NCBI GenBank assembly: GCA_963835575.1
Contig: CAWIGG010000006.1
Location: 288,001 to 352,000, forward strand
Direction: 5' to 3'
From: an uncultured Spirochaetota bacterium
GTDB taxonomy: Bacteria > Spirochaetota > Brevinematia > Brevinematales > JAOACQ01
Length of the DNA: 64,000 nucleotides
Of the stretch, positions 47,304-58,040 are shown one piece after another (the stretch's first letter is position 1; each line of letters begins with the position of its first letter). The notes beneath the pieces are model-generated. The model was not told the origin of the DNA. It did not search any database and saw only the letters and a list, made by a program, of their open reading frames with translations. The translations under genes were made by a program, and so were the position numbers.

Positions 47304-47980
47304 CTACATCGATTTCTTTTTTGCGGCAAGGACATCCGTCAGCATAATATCAGCGGGGCCGGTGATATTAGTGAAGGATTTATCGAAAAATTTCAGCTGG
47401 ACGGTCCCGTCCTTGTCCGTGATCTTTAATTCGGCTTCCCTGGGAAGCCTGATCCCATAGCCGATCGGCTGCCAGCTTTTATTACCGATCCTGTAAGTGC
47501 AGGCGCCTTTATAAAAACCGGTTACGACAAAAGACAGCTCCGGCGGAAGGATAACAGGCCGGCTCGAGTTTTCCCGGGCGCGCCTGTGTTGCCCAAAACA
47601 GCCGCGGGGGCTGTAGTTGTCGCAACCTTATAATCCTCCGTAGTGTTCAATGTTCTTTTTTTATCGCTGTTGATTTTCTTGAAAAGATCGGCGACTTTCA
47701 ATGTGGTTTTTCCGGTTACCCTGTAAACGCCGTCTTCCAGCGCGAGTTCCAGATAATCGTATTTTTTCAATATCCTGATCTCATTCTTTTCCGTGACTTT
47801 ATCATCAATATTCAGGGTTTTCCACTTGTTTTTAGTTGTTTTGACCTCAGCTGTTCCGACAAACCCGACCACGGTCAGGGTTTTTGCCGCGTTTTTTGAA
47901 GCCGCGGCCGACAGAACAGAAACCTGGATCAATAGAACGGATACGCCGATCATTCCGGCAAGGATTATTTTTTTAATCAT
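47304..47980 (-). pseudogene. Frameshifted exported protein with two tandem homologous (FecR-N-like) beta domains
   Basis: Frame 1 gives signal peptide + TVVGFVGTAEVK...KWK domain; the -1 frame continues ...SFVVTGFYKGACTYRIGNKSWQPI...LAAKKKSM* to TAG at 47304-47306. Confidence 0.6.
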
Positions 47981-48121
47981 AGACTGCTCCTTTAATTCTA
48001 TTAATGTTTGATGATATGAAAACAGTTTAACTTAAAACCGATCCCTTTTCAAGTTTAATCATTTTTCAGGAATATCGCAATAAAAATAAAGATATTCTAT
48101 ATAAGAGTTAAACACAAAGTC

Positions 48122-48219
48122 CGTCATTGCGAGCACCCGACTTTATACTCTGCTTTAAATTTTGATGCGAAGCAATCTGTCTGCACGTTAAGTAATCTTT
48201 TTTGCCGACAGATTGCTTC
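48122..48219. repeat. GTCATTGCGAG/GAAGCAATC-type REP-like unit plus partial inverted partner
   Basis: cgtcattgcgagc...gcgaagcaatctgtc (48122-48181), then gacagattgcttc (48207-48219). Confidence 0.6.
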
Positions 48220-48321
48220 TTGTTATTATTTTATTATAGCATATAATAATACATATTTGTGATTTGACTTTTTTAACATTCTTCAATAAAATTTACGCCA
48301 TACTTTATCGGAGATTGAATA

Positions 48322-49620
48322 ATGAGGGAATTCATAGAATGGATGGCCGGCAGAAAGAAGATACTCTTCCTGTTCCTGATCATTGGTTTTGTCCTGGCCA
48401 TGCTCGGCCGGTTTTATATTACTAAAAGCGTGATAGGCGGGGACGGCGTTTATTATTACAGCACCGTCAGGGCTTTCGCCATTGAACATCAGCTGGACCT
48501 GAAATCGGAGCTGGAGCATTTTTATAACGAAAGGTCCGGCTTTACGGGAAATAGAAAATTAAGCGATCTGCCGAAGCCTTCGGTTACCGGAAAAATACCC
48601 ATTAATTATCCCGTCGGTTTCCCGGTTCTTCTAATTCCTTTTTATTTTATCGGGCATTTGATTACCATTGTCCTCAGCTGGTTTTTCCCCGGCATAAAGC
48701 CGGATGGTTACGGCCCGCTTTATCAGATTTTCGCTGCGCTGGGAAGTATGGCTTACGCTTTTGCCGCGCTTTTTATCCTTTACAGGCTGGGAAGAAAAAA
48801 GTATGATGAACCCTTTGTATTACTATCAGTTTTCCTGGTCTGCCTGGCGACCCCGCTGGTGTATTATATGACCATGGAGCCCCTGCTTTCCCATACCGTT
48901 TCCGTTTTCCTTGTTACCGCCTTTCTTGCCTTATGGTATCTGAATAAGGATGACATGAAACTCAGGCACTGGGTGGTCCTGGGGCTGTTGGGCGGCTTTT
49001 CAAGCATCACGAGGTACCAGGACGCGCTGGTAGTGATTATCCCGCCCGTTTACGCGCTGGTCCGGTTTTTTAAAACAAAAAGCCTGCGCGAACTGCATCT
49101 GCCGGGCGGCCTTCTTTATGTCCTGATGTTTGGGGCAATTTATTCCCTTCAGCTCTATATCAATCTTGTCAGCTACGGATCATTATTTACAAGCGGCTAC
49201 GCCGCCCATGGGGAAGGGTTTATTTACTGGAACCAGCCGAAGGTCCTTTACACGCTTTTTTCACCGTATTGCGGGCTCATTACACGGTCGCCTGTTGTTC
49301 TTTTTTCTTTTGCCGGCCTGTATTTTATGTTTAAGAAGGAGAAAACCGCCGCAATTCTTCTTTCTTTATATCTCATTGCAGAGATTTACCTGATCAGCAG
49401 CTGGCATATCCCGTCGCAGGGCGATACGTTCGGAAACAGGATGCTGTTGAACTCCGTCTTTATCTACGCGGTCGGATTGATGGAATATTTTAATAAAATA
49501 AAGGAAAATAAAACCGCTTTTACCGTATCCGTTTCCGCCGCTTTCCTGATGATGCTCTTTAATCTGGCGCTTGTTCCCCTTTACTGCTTCCGGATCATCG
49601 GGAATACTTATGTCCGGTAG
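48322..49620 (+). CDS. GT-C fold (GT39/ArnT-like) membrane glycosyltransferase
   Basis: GDGVYYY first-loop motif, YPVG, multiple TMs, FGNRML. Confidence 0.7.
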   Translation: MREFIEWMAGRKKILFLFLIIGFVLAMLGRFYITKSVIGGDGVYYYSTVRAFAIEHQLDLKSELEHFYNERSGFTGNRKLSDLPKPSVTGKIPINYPVGFPVLLIPFYFIGHLITIVLSWFFPGIKPDGYGPLYQIFAALGSMAYAFAALFILYRLGRKKYDEPFVLLSVFLVCLATPLVYYMTMEPLLSHTVSVFLVTAFLALWYLNKDDMKLRHWVVLGLLGGFSSITRYQDALVVIIPPVYALVRFFKTKSLRELHLPGGLLYVLMFGAIYSLQLYINLVSYGSLFTSGYAAHGEGFIYWNQPKVLYTLFSPYCGLITRSPVVLFSFAGLYFMFKKEKTAAILLSLYLIAEIYLISSWHIPSQGDTFGNRMLLNSVFIYAVGLMEYFNKIKENKTAFTVSVSAAFLMMLFNLALVPLYCFRIIGNTYVR

Positions 49621-49679
49621 AAGATTATCATGAGCAGGATATTTTTGATCATAGCGATAAAAATTATATTAAAAGGAAA

Positions 49680-50804
49680 ATGAAGATGAAATTATCAATC
49701 GTTATCCCGGTTTATAATGAAAAGAACACCATTGCTGAAATTATAAAGGTTGTTGAAAAAGCGCCTCTGCCGAAAGAAATAAAAAAAAGGGAAATCATCA
49801 TTGTGGATGACTGCTCAACAGACGGAACCGGAAAAATTCTCTCCGGTCTGAATAAAAATAAATACAAAGTCATCTATCATGAAAAGAACCAGGGAAAAGG
49901 CGCCGCTTTAAGGACGGGCTTTAAAAATTCGACAGGCGATATTGTGCTGATCCAGGACGCGGACCTTGAATATGACCCGAATGAATACCAGAAATTACTC
50001 AGGCCGATCCTGAGCAACAAGGCCGATATGGTTTACGGCTCAAGGTTTATCGGCGACGAACCCCACAGGGTCCTCTATTTCTGGCATACGCTGGCCAACC
50101 GGTTTCTGACTTTATTATCGAATATGTTCTCGGACTTGAACCTGACGGATATGGAAACATGCTATAAAGTATTCAGAAAAGATGTTATCGATAGAATTAT
50201 AATAGAAGAAAACCGGTTCGGTTTTGAACCCGAGATCACGGCAAAAATCGGGGAGTTCTCCAGGGAGGAAGGCTGCAGGGTTTATGAGGTGGGGATATCC
50301 TATTACGGCAGAACATACCAGGAAGGCAAGAAGATCGGGTTGAAAGACGCGTTGAGGGCGTTCTGGTGCATCTTTAAATACAACACTTCTCGCTTTGCCC
50401 ATTTTATCAAATACGGGCTCAACGGCCTTCTGGTCGCGCTGTCCCAGTATCTGACAATTGTTTTTTTAATCGAAAACCTGGGATTTAAATCCGTTTTTCT
50501 TCAGAACGCGGCCAACGCGATCAGTATCGAGGTGTCGATCATTGTCGGCTTTATCCTTCACTCGATTATCACCTGGAGATATAAATTCAAAAGATTCTCC
50601 GATGCCGCCGTCAAATGCGCGCAGTTCCATCTCGTAACGGGAATTTCCTTTGTTACAAGGGTGGTCCTGTTTTATCTGCTGTTGAATATCGGCCTGCATT
50701 ATAAGATCAATACGCTGATCGGCATTGTCGTTGCCGTTATCATGAATTTCATCGGGTATGACACATTAATTTTCAAGAGAAAAAAGGCTTTGTCCGGCAA
50801 ATGA
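49680..50804 (+). CDS. GT2 polyprenol-phosphate glycosyltransferase fused to GtrA-like flippase domain
   Basis: [51 protein letters not shown]-terminal 4-TM GtrA-like domain. Confidence 0.88.
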   Translation: MKMKLSIVIPVYNEKNTIAEIIKVVEKAPLPKEIKKREIIIVDDCSTDGTGKILSGLNKNKYKVIYHEKNQGKGAALRTGFKNSTGDIVLIQDADLEYDPNEYQKLLRPILSNKADMVYGSRFIGDEPHRVLYFWHTLANRFLTLLSNMFSDLNLTDMETCYKVFRKDVIDRIIIEENRFGFEPEITAKIGEFSREEGCRVYEVGISYYGRTYQEGKKIGLKDALRAFWCIFKYNTSRFAHFIKYGLNGLLVALSQYLTIVFLIENLGFKSVFLQNAANAISIEVSIIVGFILHSIITWRYKFKRFSDAAVKCAQFHLVTGISFVTRVVLFYLLLNIGLHYKINTLIGIVVAVIMNFIGYDTLIFKRKKALSGK

Positions 50805-50829
50805 AAACCCGCGGCTGACGCAGAAGGAC

Positions 50830-52368
50830 TTATTGCGGGATGCGGTATACTTTCATCCATCTGTCTTCCATCAGAAGAGTTGAGTTCTGCAGTTCCAGTT
50901 TATCCTTCTCTTTTAAATGCTCTGTCTCTCCCAGAAAATATCTGAGCGGAGAATCCTGTCTGGATTTCCATTCCCTCTTTAATAAGGTTTCGGCGATATT
51001 TTTATAGAAGCCCTCAGTTTCAGGCGGTTTAAAAGAGAAAGGCCTGCCCGCAGCGTCGTCCAGCAGGACCTTTGTATATTTCACCTGATTATTGACGGAA
51101 ATCGGTTCATATTCCCGGCTGAAGAACGAATAGGCCGCCAGGGCCCCTGAAACCATGATCCAGAGCGAAACCGCAATGACCGGTATTTCCTTCCATTTCA
51201 AACCGTCTGTGATGAAGCGGATACCGTATATCAGCGGTATAAAGCAGAAAGCGTAAACCGGATAGTAGTAATGAGGACTCCAGGGCGGAAGCCTGAGGAT
51301 GATGAAAACCAGCGCCAGAACGGCAAAGAGGATAAAAGTGAACCGGATCATATGAATATCAGTTTCGTTCAAAATTATTCCCGGTTTATCCTTTTTATTA
51401 TTTCCGATGTTTTTTATTAACAGTGTAAATGTATAAATAAAAGAGGATATTGAAAATAAAATACTCGCGAATAAAGCTGGAAACACAAAGACCACCAGGT
51501 ACCAGGGCATTTCCAGGAATCTCTTTATGCTGACCATAAAATCGCCGCTGTTCAATGTGGTCATATCAATTGTCGGCAGTATAATTAAGAAAGTCAGAAT
51601 AGGAAACCTGATGTCTTTTACGCCGCCTGAAAGCGCCAGAATACTGCGGGTATTCTGAAACCCGTTATATAATTCACTGATCATGTACGGGACATAGAGC
51701 AGGACAGCGCCGGCGATGCCGGCCCAGAAATACGCCTTATGAGGTCCCCGGTAAAAAAAGGTGAAATAGATCATCAGTGCCAGAGGCAGATAAAATAAGG
51801 CAGATAGATGGCATTGTCCGATAATGACGCTCAGAGGCAGTAAGATAAACATCAGGAGGGGGTGATTATTTCCGGAAAAAATCTCTATAAGAACCGCCGC
51901 GAGCAGAAGGCTGAACAGCGCGGCGAAATTGGGATTCCAGATGCGTGATTCCATACCCAGGAAGGTCGGGCTGATGAGCATGAATCCGGCGATAATAAGG
52001 GCCGGCAGAGTTCCGTAGCGCCTGTTTAAAATTAAAAGGAAAACCAGAGAAGCCAGCATAAAGAGCGTAAAGCTGTAGAGGTAAAAAACCTGCGGCTGTC
52101 CGGTAAAAGCGCCGCAAAGCGATAAAATCGTGTAATAAGCCCCGCCCGGTATTCTTGCGCCGGAACCATACAGTCCCGGACCGGTTACAGGAAGCTGATG
52201 GGCTGCCGCGTACTGCCGGGCTTCGTTGCAGTGGTTAAGCTCATCTCCCCCCATATAATTATTAAAAAGAGTATAGCTCCGGATGGAAGCCGCGGTAATA
52301 ATAATTACCATAAGAAATAATAAATATTGAACATTCTTTTTTCTTAAAATTCCAGAAAAAAGATTCAT
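50830..52368 (-). CDS. GT-C fold (ArnT/PMT-like) membrane glycosyltransferase
   Basis: GGDE loop motif, GP....GARIPGGAYY, SRIWNPN, QCHLS; about 12 TMs. Confidence 0.65.
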   Translation of the reverse strand: MNLFSGILRKKNVQYLLFLMVIIITAASIRSYTLFNNYMGGDELNHCNEARQYAAAHQLPVTGPGLYGSGARIPGGAYYTILSLCGAFTGQPQVFYLYSFTLFMLASLVFLLILNRRYGTLPALIIAGFMLISPTFLGMESRIWNPNFAALFSLLLAAVLIEIFSGNNHPLLMFILLPLSVIIGQCHLSALFYLPLALMIYFTFFYRGPHKAYFWAGIAGAVLLYVPYMISELYNGFQNTRSILALSGGVKDIRFPILTFLIILPTIDMTTLNSGDFMVSIKRFLEMPWYLVVFVFPALFASILFSISSFIYTFTLLIKNIGNNKKDKPGIILNETDIHMIRFTFILFAVLALVFIILRLPPWSPHYYYPVYAFCFIPLIYGIRFITDGLKWKEIPVIAVSLWIMVSGALAAYSFFSREYEPISVNNQVKYTKVLLDDAAGRPFSFKPPETEGFYKNIAETLLKREWKSRQDSPLRYFLGETEHLKEKDKLELQNSTLLMEDRWMKVYRIPQ

Positions 52369-52643
52369 TTTCATCTCCCGTAAATTTAAATAATTTTCAG
52401 ATATTTTATTAAATGATAATAAATATTGCAATAATATTATTTGAGATTATTCGCATTCCAGGGTTGTGCCTGATAATCCCTATCTTAGAATGAAAAATTA
52501 CTAAAAAATATGTTTTCCGCTCATTTTACTTTCAGTATAATATTTTTAATTTTTGCATCTTTTTCCATTTATAGACACTTAATCATGTAAATAGTGGAAA
52601 ATATCATTAAAGATACTGTAATTTTATTTAAGGAGAAGAAATT

Positions 52644-53138
52644 ATGAAAAAGTCGTTAATGAAAGTATTAACGGGAAGTGTGGCAGTCGGCCTGATACTG
52701 GCTTTTGCCGGCTTGACCTACGGCGATGATTCCAAACCGGCGGATAAAGGCGGGCATGAAAAGGGCGCTGTGGGTTTTATACTCGGCATGAAAGACAAGC
52801 TCGGCCTGACGGGCGATCAGACTGATAAGCTGCAGGCTTTAAGTGATAATGAAAAGAAGGAAATGAAGCCGTTGTTTGACCAGGCGGCCGCCGACTTAAA
52901 GACACTGGTTGACAAAGTAAAAGCCGGAGCGAAAGATGATGAAATAAAGGCCGTTCTGGATACTCTTTCAGGTGACCGTCAGAATATTGAAACCGCCAGA
53001 AAGAAATATACGGACTCTGTCCGCGATATTTTAACCCCTACCCAGCAGGCCAAGATCGTTATCGCGATGACTCGGCATGATAAATGGGGAAACCATAAAG
53101 GCAAAGATAAAAAAGACAAAGGCGAAAGTGATAAATAA
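52644..53138 (+). CDS. Spy/CpxP family periplasmic chaperone
   Basis: Signal peptide; LGLTGDQ and ILTPTQQAK (LTxxQ) motifs. Confidence 0.8.
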   Translation: MKKSLMKVLTGSVAVGLILAFAGLTYGDDSKPADKGGHEKGAVGFILGMKDKLGLTGDQTDKLQALSDNEKKEMKPLFDQAAADLKTLVDKVKAGAKDDEIKAVLDTLSGDRQNIETARKKYTDSVRDILTPTQQAKIVIAMTRHDKWGNHKGKDKKDKGESDK

Positions 53139-53202
53139 TATATAAGGGCGGTTCTAAAAAACAAATGTTTTTGGAACTTCCCATAAATCAAAGTGTCAGG
53201 GG

Positions 53203-53235
53203 GCCCCTCTTCTTAAATAGAAGAGGGGCTTTTTT
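53203..53235 (+). terminator. Intrinsic terminator
   Basis: gcccctcttct-taaat-agaagaggggc-tttttt. Confidence 0.7.
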
Positions 53236-53355
53236 AGTCATTAAACTCGATTTTTTTCCGCTTATATCTTCCGGATTTCTACCGGGCTTTTCAGCCGGGG
53301 CCTGTCAGGAAAAAACAATTCTTTTTCTAACTTGGAAATTAAATTACAGGAAACT

Positions 53356-53781
53356 TTAAATCAGCCCGGCCTCAAGTTCAATAACCGGTACGCCGGTCAA
53401 TGCCTTTGAAACGGGACAGTCTTTTTTAGCCTGCTCCGCGATTTTCTTGAATTCGGCTTCACTGATACGGGGAACTGAAGCTTCCGTAAACAATTTTATT
53501 TTTGTGATCGCGAAACCCTGGCCGGACTGTTCAATTGTTACCGCCGCTTCGGTGGTAATTTTTTTGGGCGGGAAACCGGCATTCCCGAGCATCAGGGAAA
53601 AGGCCATTGAAAAACAGCCGGCATGCGCGGCGCCTATTAACTCTTCCGGGTTTGTTCCGCTCCCGTTTTCGAAGCGGGACGCGAATGAATAGCTTCCTTT
53701 TATTTTTCCTTCACCCAGTTCCATGGTCCCTTTGCCGTCTTTTATCGTTCCTTCCCAGATGGCTTTTCCTTTCCTTGTCAT
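53356..53781 (-). CDS. osmC: OsmC family peroxiredoxin
   Basis: YSFASRFE, TNPEELIGAAHAGCFSMA, AKKDCPVSKAL. Confidence 0.92.
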   Translation of the reverse strand: MTRKGKAIWEGTIKDGKGTMELGEGKIKGSYSFASRFENGSGTNPEELIGAAHAGCFSMAFSLMLGNAGFPPKKITTEAAVTIEQSGQGFAITKIKLFTEASVPRISEAEFKKIAEQAKKDCPVSKALTGVPVIELEAGLI

Positions 53782-53950
53782 AGAACCTCCTTATTTGACA
53801 ATTATTTTTCGTTATATAAAAAAATATAGTAAAGATTTTCTTTAAAGTAAAACCTTATGGAAAAATGAATTTGTCAATGTGCCGGGGATTTGTTGAAATT
53901 TTCCAGTATTACAGATAGAATTTTTAATTAGAAGTAATAATGGGGTTTTT

Positions 53951-54571
53951 ATGAAGAAAGCAGAATATGAGCCGGCGGTATTCCTGGGAATGCTCCTGGG
54001 GCATGCCTTCCTGATTGTATCGGGTATTGCTTATTTGACAGCCTGGATATTGAATTACGGCCAATTGATGTTTATGTCGGACGCCTCATCGGCGGTTTTC
54101 TTCAATATTTCAGTCGCATCCGGATTGATCGGCTGCGGCTGGCTTTTTTATTCCATCAGCAGCTTGAATGGGTCCATACATGGAAAAAAATTAAAAATTC
54201 TTCATATTATTATTATCGGAATCGTTTCTTTTATTCTGGTCTGGATGGGCACGGAAAAGCTGATGAAACGCATATTTACATCGGAACTTTTCCTCATATT
54301 TTCCTGGGGAATATTGGAATTCAGCGCGCTTTATACCTGTTTCCATAAACAATGGTTCGGTAATATTCAAGCAAAAATTATCATGGCGCTGATCAGCGTG
54401 TCCTTATTGACAGGCCTTGTCTGCTATTGTCTGCACTTCATTTTTAAGGGGATGAACCGTTTCATAAACGGCATGATACCTTACGGCATTATTTCCATTA
54501 TAGAAGCATTGATCTGCATCATTTTATTGGCCAATCATTCATCCATAACCGGCGCTAATGCGAAAAAATAG
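53951..54571 (+). CDS. Hypothetical multi-pass membrane protein
   Basis: 206-aa ORF with about 6 hydrophobic segments. Confidence 0.6.
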   Translation: MKKAEYEPAVFLGMLLGHAFLIVSGIAYLTAWILNYGQLMFMSDASSAVFFNISVASGLIGCGWLFYSISSLNGSIHGKKLKILHIIIIGIVSFILVWMGTEKLMKRIFTSELFLIFSWGILEFSALYTCFHKQWFGNIQAKIIMALISVSLLTGLVCYCLHFIFKGMNRFINGMIPYGIISIIEALICIILLANHSSITGANAKK

Positions 54572-54660
54572 CTGTTTTCCGGTTATTTAGAAAATTCGAG
54601 GGCTCGCTTTCTCGCATCATGCTAAAACCCGGCTTGACGGATTGATTCAGAATAGTCTTA

Positions 54661-55317
54661 TTATTCCAGCTTGTCTTTATCGGGATCATAAACTTTCGGT
54701 TTCCCGTCGTTTTGTATAAAAACTTTTGTCCCCGCGGGAAAAGAACCCCAGTTTTTTGAAATAACAAAAATCCTGATTATATTTTTAGCATCCCAGATGA
54801 CATCAGTATTTGCTTTTAATATTTTCCCGTCCTTATCCTTCCAGTCTTGAGCTATTGTACATTCTTTTGAATTGCCGCTTTCATAAAAAATGACCGCGGT
54901 TTTGCCTTTTAACATCATGCCTGTGTCAGTATCAATCCAATTTTTTGATAAAGTGAATTGCTTAAAATTACCATTTTCAAAAAAAAGCAGATCGGTATTT
55001 GCTTTTATTCTCTTGCCGTCATGATGGTCAAGCCAGTCTTTAGCCAGAATGAATTTTTCAGGCGCTCCGTTGGAGTACATTGTGACTTCAGAATTGCCTT
55101 TCATTGTCCATTCCATAATTTTATCCGTCCAATCTGCCGCCAATATGATTTTTTTGATTGTCCCATTTTCATATGTTTCAAAAGTCGAACCTTTTTTAAT
55201 TTTCATACCATTCTTCAGCGGTATCTCATTTTTCGCTGTTCCGGTTGTGTCGCCGAATAAATTGATGCCTGTGCTTAGAAACACTATAGTAAGCAATAAA
55301 ATTATTGTCCTTTTCAT
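54661..55317 (-). CDS. Secreted protein with about five 32-aa repeats
   Basis: Signal peptide; repeats (F/Y)(Y/F)(E/S)NG..K.F.LA.DW.D....IK.NT; AGGAG RBS. Confidence 0.7.
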   Translation of the reverse strand: MKRTIILLLTIVFLSTGINLFGDTTGTAKNEIPLKNGMKIKKGSTFETYENGTIKKIILAADWTDKIMEWTMKGNSEVTMYSNGAPEKFILAKDWLDHHDGKRIKANTDLLFFENGNFKQFTLSKNWIDTDTGMMLKGKTAVIFYESGNSKECTIAQDWKDKDGKILKANTDVIWDAKNIIRIFVISKNWGSFPAGTKVFIQNDGKPKVYDPDKDKLE

Positions 55318-55359
55318 AACTACTCCTTTTTTTTATATTAAATCCGTGTTTTTACTTAA

Positions 55360-56643
55360 GGGCGGTTTTAAAAACCGTCTAATTTATCAACACTTCCCTG
55401 ATAATAGAAAATATTTTCAAAATATTTCTGCCAACAGGTTAAAAACTGTTTCTATTACCAAAATTCAGCCAAACACGGGCAATATTATCCATATCTTCTG
55501 TATTTTAAGCCGCACAAGACGCAATTCGACCTTTTACCACAACATACCGTGCTAAATTATAAACCAGATTCATCAGCCCGATTTGGCTCTCTGCCCTTTC
55601 TTTTCCTATCGATCGTATTGTACTGCCGTTCATACTATTTTCAACAAAACCAAAAACATGCTCAACACGAACTCGGATGCGGCTCTTTCTTCTATTTTTT
55701 TCTTTCTGCTTCTCCGTCAATGGCTTATTTCTGTATCCTTTTTCGTGAATCCGGTTTTTCATCTCAAATTTTTCTAATATTCCTGCTACCGTTGGGCCAA
55801 CATATGCGCTGTCCGCGTAAAACGGCTTCCCTTTGTCTTTCTCATTCAATAGAGGTTCAACTACCTGTGAATCGTGAACGCTCGCATCTGTCGTGACATA
55901 AGAACGAATAAGTTTTGACTTCACATCAACCTTTGTATGGTTTTTGTATCCGTAATGCCTCTCTTTATTCTTGGTCATCCAGCGCGCATCCTTGTCTTTA
56001 TGGGAAAGCTTATGCGTATTATCTTTCCAATCTTCCGGAACCTCGCCTTCTTTTATTTTCTTGTTTTCTTCGCGGCTGTTCCTCTGCCGGGGAACATCCA
56101 CAAAACTTGCGTCTACCATAACGCCCGCTTTCCCTATCACACCTTTATTCTCAAGATTCTCATCGAATATTTTAAAAAGTTTCTCTATTGCTTTCGCTTT
56201 CGTCAGTTTTTCCTTGAATTCCCAGATTTTACTGTAGTCCGGAACTTTGTCCGAAAGTGTTATCCCAAGATATCGCTGAACGGATAACCTGTCATTGATC
56301 TGAAATTCCGCTTGCTCATCGGAAAGATTGTAATACCTCTGGAATATCAGTATCTTGAACATGAAAACATAGTCATAATGTGGCGCTCCACCCGGCGCCT
56401 TCTGCTCTTTCGGCGCCAAAATCTCTGTTAACAGCGGCCGGAACATCTCAAAGTCTACAACTCTGTTAAGCTTATCCAGCGGTGTTTTTACGCCGCTTAG
56501 CTTTTCCATCCGCTCCTGATATTCAAACAAGTTACGGTCTTTCCGCTTAATTTTTGTCATAGCCTTACCTCTGTTTTCTTTGACTATGATTATATGTTTT
56601 TATATACTATTTGTATATGATACGTGGGTTTTTCAAACCGCCC
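55360..56643 (-). mobile_element. IS5-family insertion sequence (1284 bp), TTAA target duplication
   Basis: ttaa|gggcggttttaaaaacc ... ggtttttcaaaccgccc|ttaa. Confidence 0.92.
55505..56560 (-). CDS. IS5-family transposase
   Basis: YNLSDEQAE..INDRLS, VPD, VDASFV, DKDARW, YGYKNH, VHDSQ, ADSAY, RVRVEHVFG. Confidence 0.93.
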   Translation of the reverse strand: MTKIKRKDRNLFEYQERMEKLSGVKTPLDKLNRVVDFEMFRPLLTEILAPKEQKAPGGAPHYDYVFMFKILIFQRYYNLSDEQAEFQINDRLSVQRYLGITLSDKVPDYSKIWEFKEKLTKAKAIEKLFKIFDENLENKGVIGKAGVMVDASFVDVPRQRNSREENKKIKEGEVPEDWKDNTHKLSHKDKDARWMTKNKERHYGYKNHTKVDVKSKLIRSYVTTDASVHDSQVVEPLLNEKDKGKPFYADSAYVGPTVAGILEKFEMKNRIHEKGYRNKPLTEKQKEKNRRKSRIRVRVEHVFGFVENSMNGSTIRSIGKERAESQIGLMNLVYNLARYVVVKGRIASCAA

Positions 56644-56713
56644 TTAATAATATAAATATTATAAACTATAAGATGCATAATTTCCAAAAATCCTTGTGAT
56701 GCTTTTGCGCCTG

Positions 56714-56762
56714 AATTGAGCGGTTTAATTTATTAAAAGCGATTGATAAAAACCGCTTAATT
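56714..56762. repeat. Minimal ('empty') AATTGAGCG-family inverted repeat
   Basis: aattgagcggttt ... aaaccgcttaatt. Confidence 0.55.
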
Positions 56763-56918
56763 ATCATATTTCTTTTAATTCAATAAGGTTGAAATCTATG
56801 ATAAAGATGCGGAATAAAACTTTTTTTATTGTTCCCCGGGTCCTAACAGGTATTGTCCTGGTTTTATAACTTGAGAAGACCGGAATATTGAATTAAAAGG
56901 ATTATCAAAAACTTCTAT

Positions 56919-58040
56919 TTATAAAATGCCTGCAAAAGCTGTTGCCCTGGGCTTTACCATGATTTCAGGGTCCCAGTCATGAGCATCCGGCACAAAAGAG
57001 ATGAAGATAAATTTTTCGACCGGATCGATGAAAAGGGAACACCAGCCCCAGCCTTCATGATTGTAAGTGAAAGGCCCGACCGCAGGCCCGTCGCAGTAGA
57101 AGCCCCAGCCCAGGCCCTGCCTGTAGTTTCTGCAGTTCTTGCCCCAGTGGAATGCCGGCACCCCTTCCAGCTGGTTCCGGGTCATTTCCTCGACGGTCTT
57201 CCGCCCGAGGACCCTGCTTCCGTTATATTCTCCGCCGTTGAGGAAACACTGCGCAAATTTAAATATGTCATACATGGTTGAAAAGACACCGGCGCCGCCG
57301 GCGGGAGCGCCTTTTCTTTCTTTTGCCGATGTCATCCTCTTTTTTTCCCAGTCCACAGTGAAGCTTACTTCAGGCCAGAGGGCCTCAGGGACTTCCATAA
57401 AAGAGCGGTTCATCCCGAGGGGCTGGAACAGGGCTTTTTCCATGTATTCATGGTAATGCATCCCGGATACCCGGGTGATGACTTCCGCCAGGACGCTGAA
57501 CCCGGATGTGCAATAGTTCCAATTTTCGCCCGGCTTATTCTGGACAACCCCGGACAGTATTCCTTTCTTGATCCAGTTTTCGCACCTGAGAGCCTCCCAT
57601 CTATCTTCCGGATAGGGTTCAAGAAAATAACCGCCGTCGGCGGGAATACCGGAAGTATGCGTGAGCAGATGCCACAGGTTTATTCCGCTATGCATGGGCG
57701 TATCGAATTCCTTGATGATGGTTTTAACCGGCTGTTCGAGCCAGAGAAAGCCGTCTTCCACAAGCTTCATAACGGCTGCGGCCGTTAAGACTTTGCTCAT
57801 TGAAGCAATGCGCTTGATAGAATCCGGTTTAAAAAGCCCTTTTTTTGTTTCATAATTCAGATTGCCCAGCGACTGGTGGGCGAAAATCCTTCCTTCTCTG
57901 GCCAGGAGGAATCCGGCGCCCTGGATCCTTCCGGCTTCATAAAGGCGGAGGTATTGATCCGCAATCCGGTTGAGTTTCTGCTGGTCAAAACGGGCTTCTT
58001 CAGCCGTAATATTTACCGCGCCTTGAATATACTCGCTCAT
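56919..58040 (-). CDS. Serine hydrolase, beta-lactamase class C/esterase-like family
   Basis: IASMSK (SxxK), HLLTHTSG, PGENWNYC, PLGM, HEG; no signal peptide. Confidence 0.88.
   Translation of the reverse strand: MSEYIQGAVNITAEEARFDQQKLNRIADQYLRLYEAGRIQGAGFLLAREGRIFAHQSLGNLNYETKKGLFKPDSIKRIASMSKVLTAAAVMKLVEDGFLWLEQPVKTIIKEFDTPMHSGINLWHLLTHTSGIPADGGYFLEPYPEDRWEALRCENWIKKGILSGVVQNKPGENWNYCTSGFSVLAEVITRVSGMHYHEYMEKALFQPLGMNRSFMEVPEALWPEVSFTVDWEKKRMTSAKERKGAPAGGAGVFSTMYDIFKFAQCFLNGGEYNGSRVLGRKTVEEMTRNQLEGVPAFHWGKNCRNYRQGLGWGFYCDGPAVGPFTYNHEGWGWCSLFIDPVEKFIFISFVPDAHDWDPEIMVKPRATAFAGIL

Noticed and set aside
56919..58040. Beta-lactam resistance gene
   Set aside because: No signal peptide; generic SxxK serine hydrolase motifs fit cytoplasmic esterases or peptidases equally well
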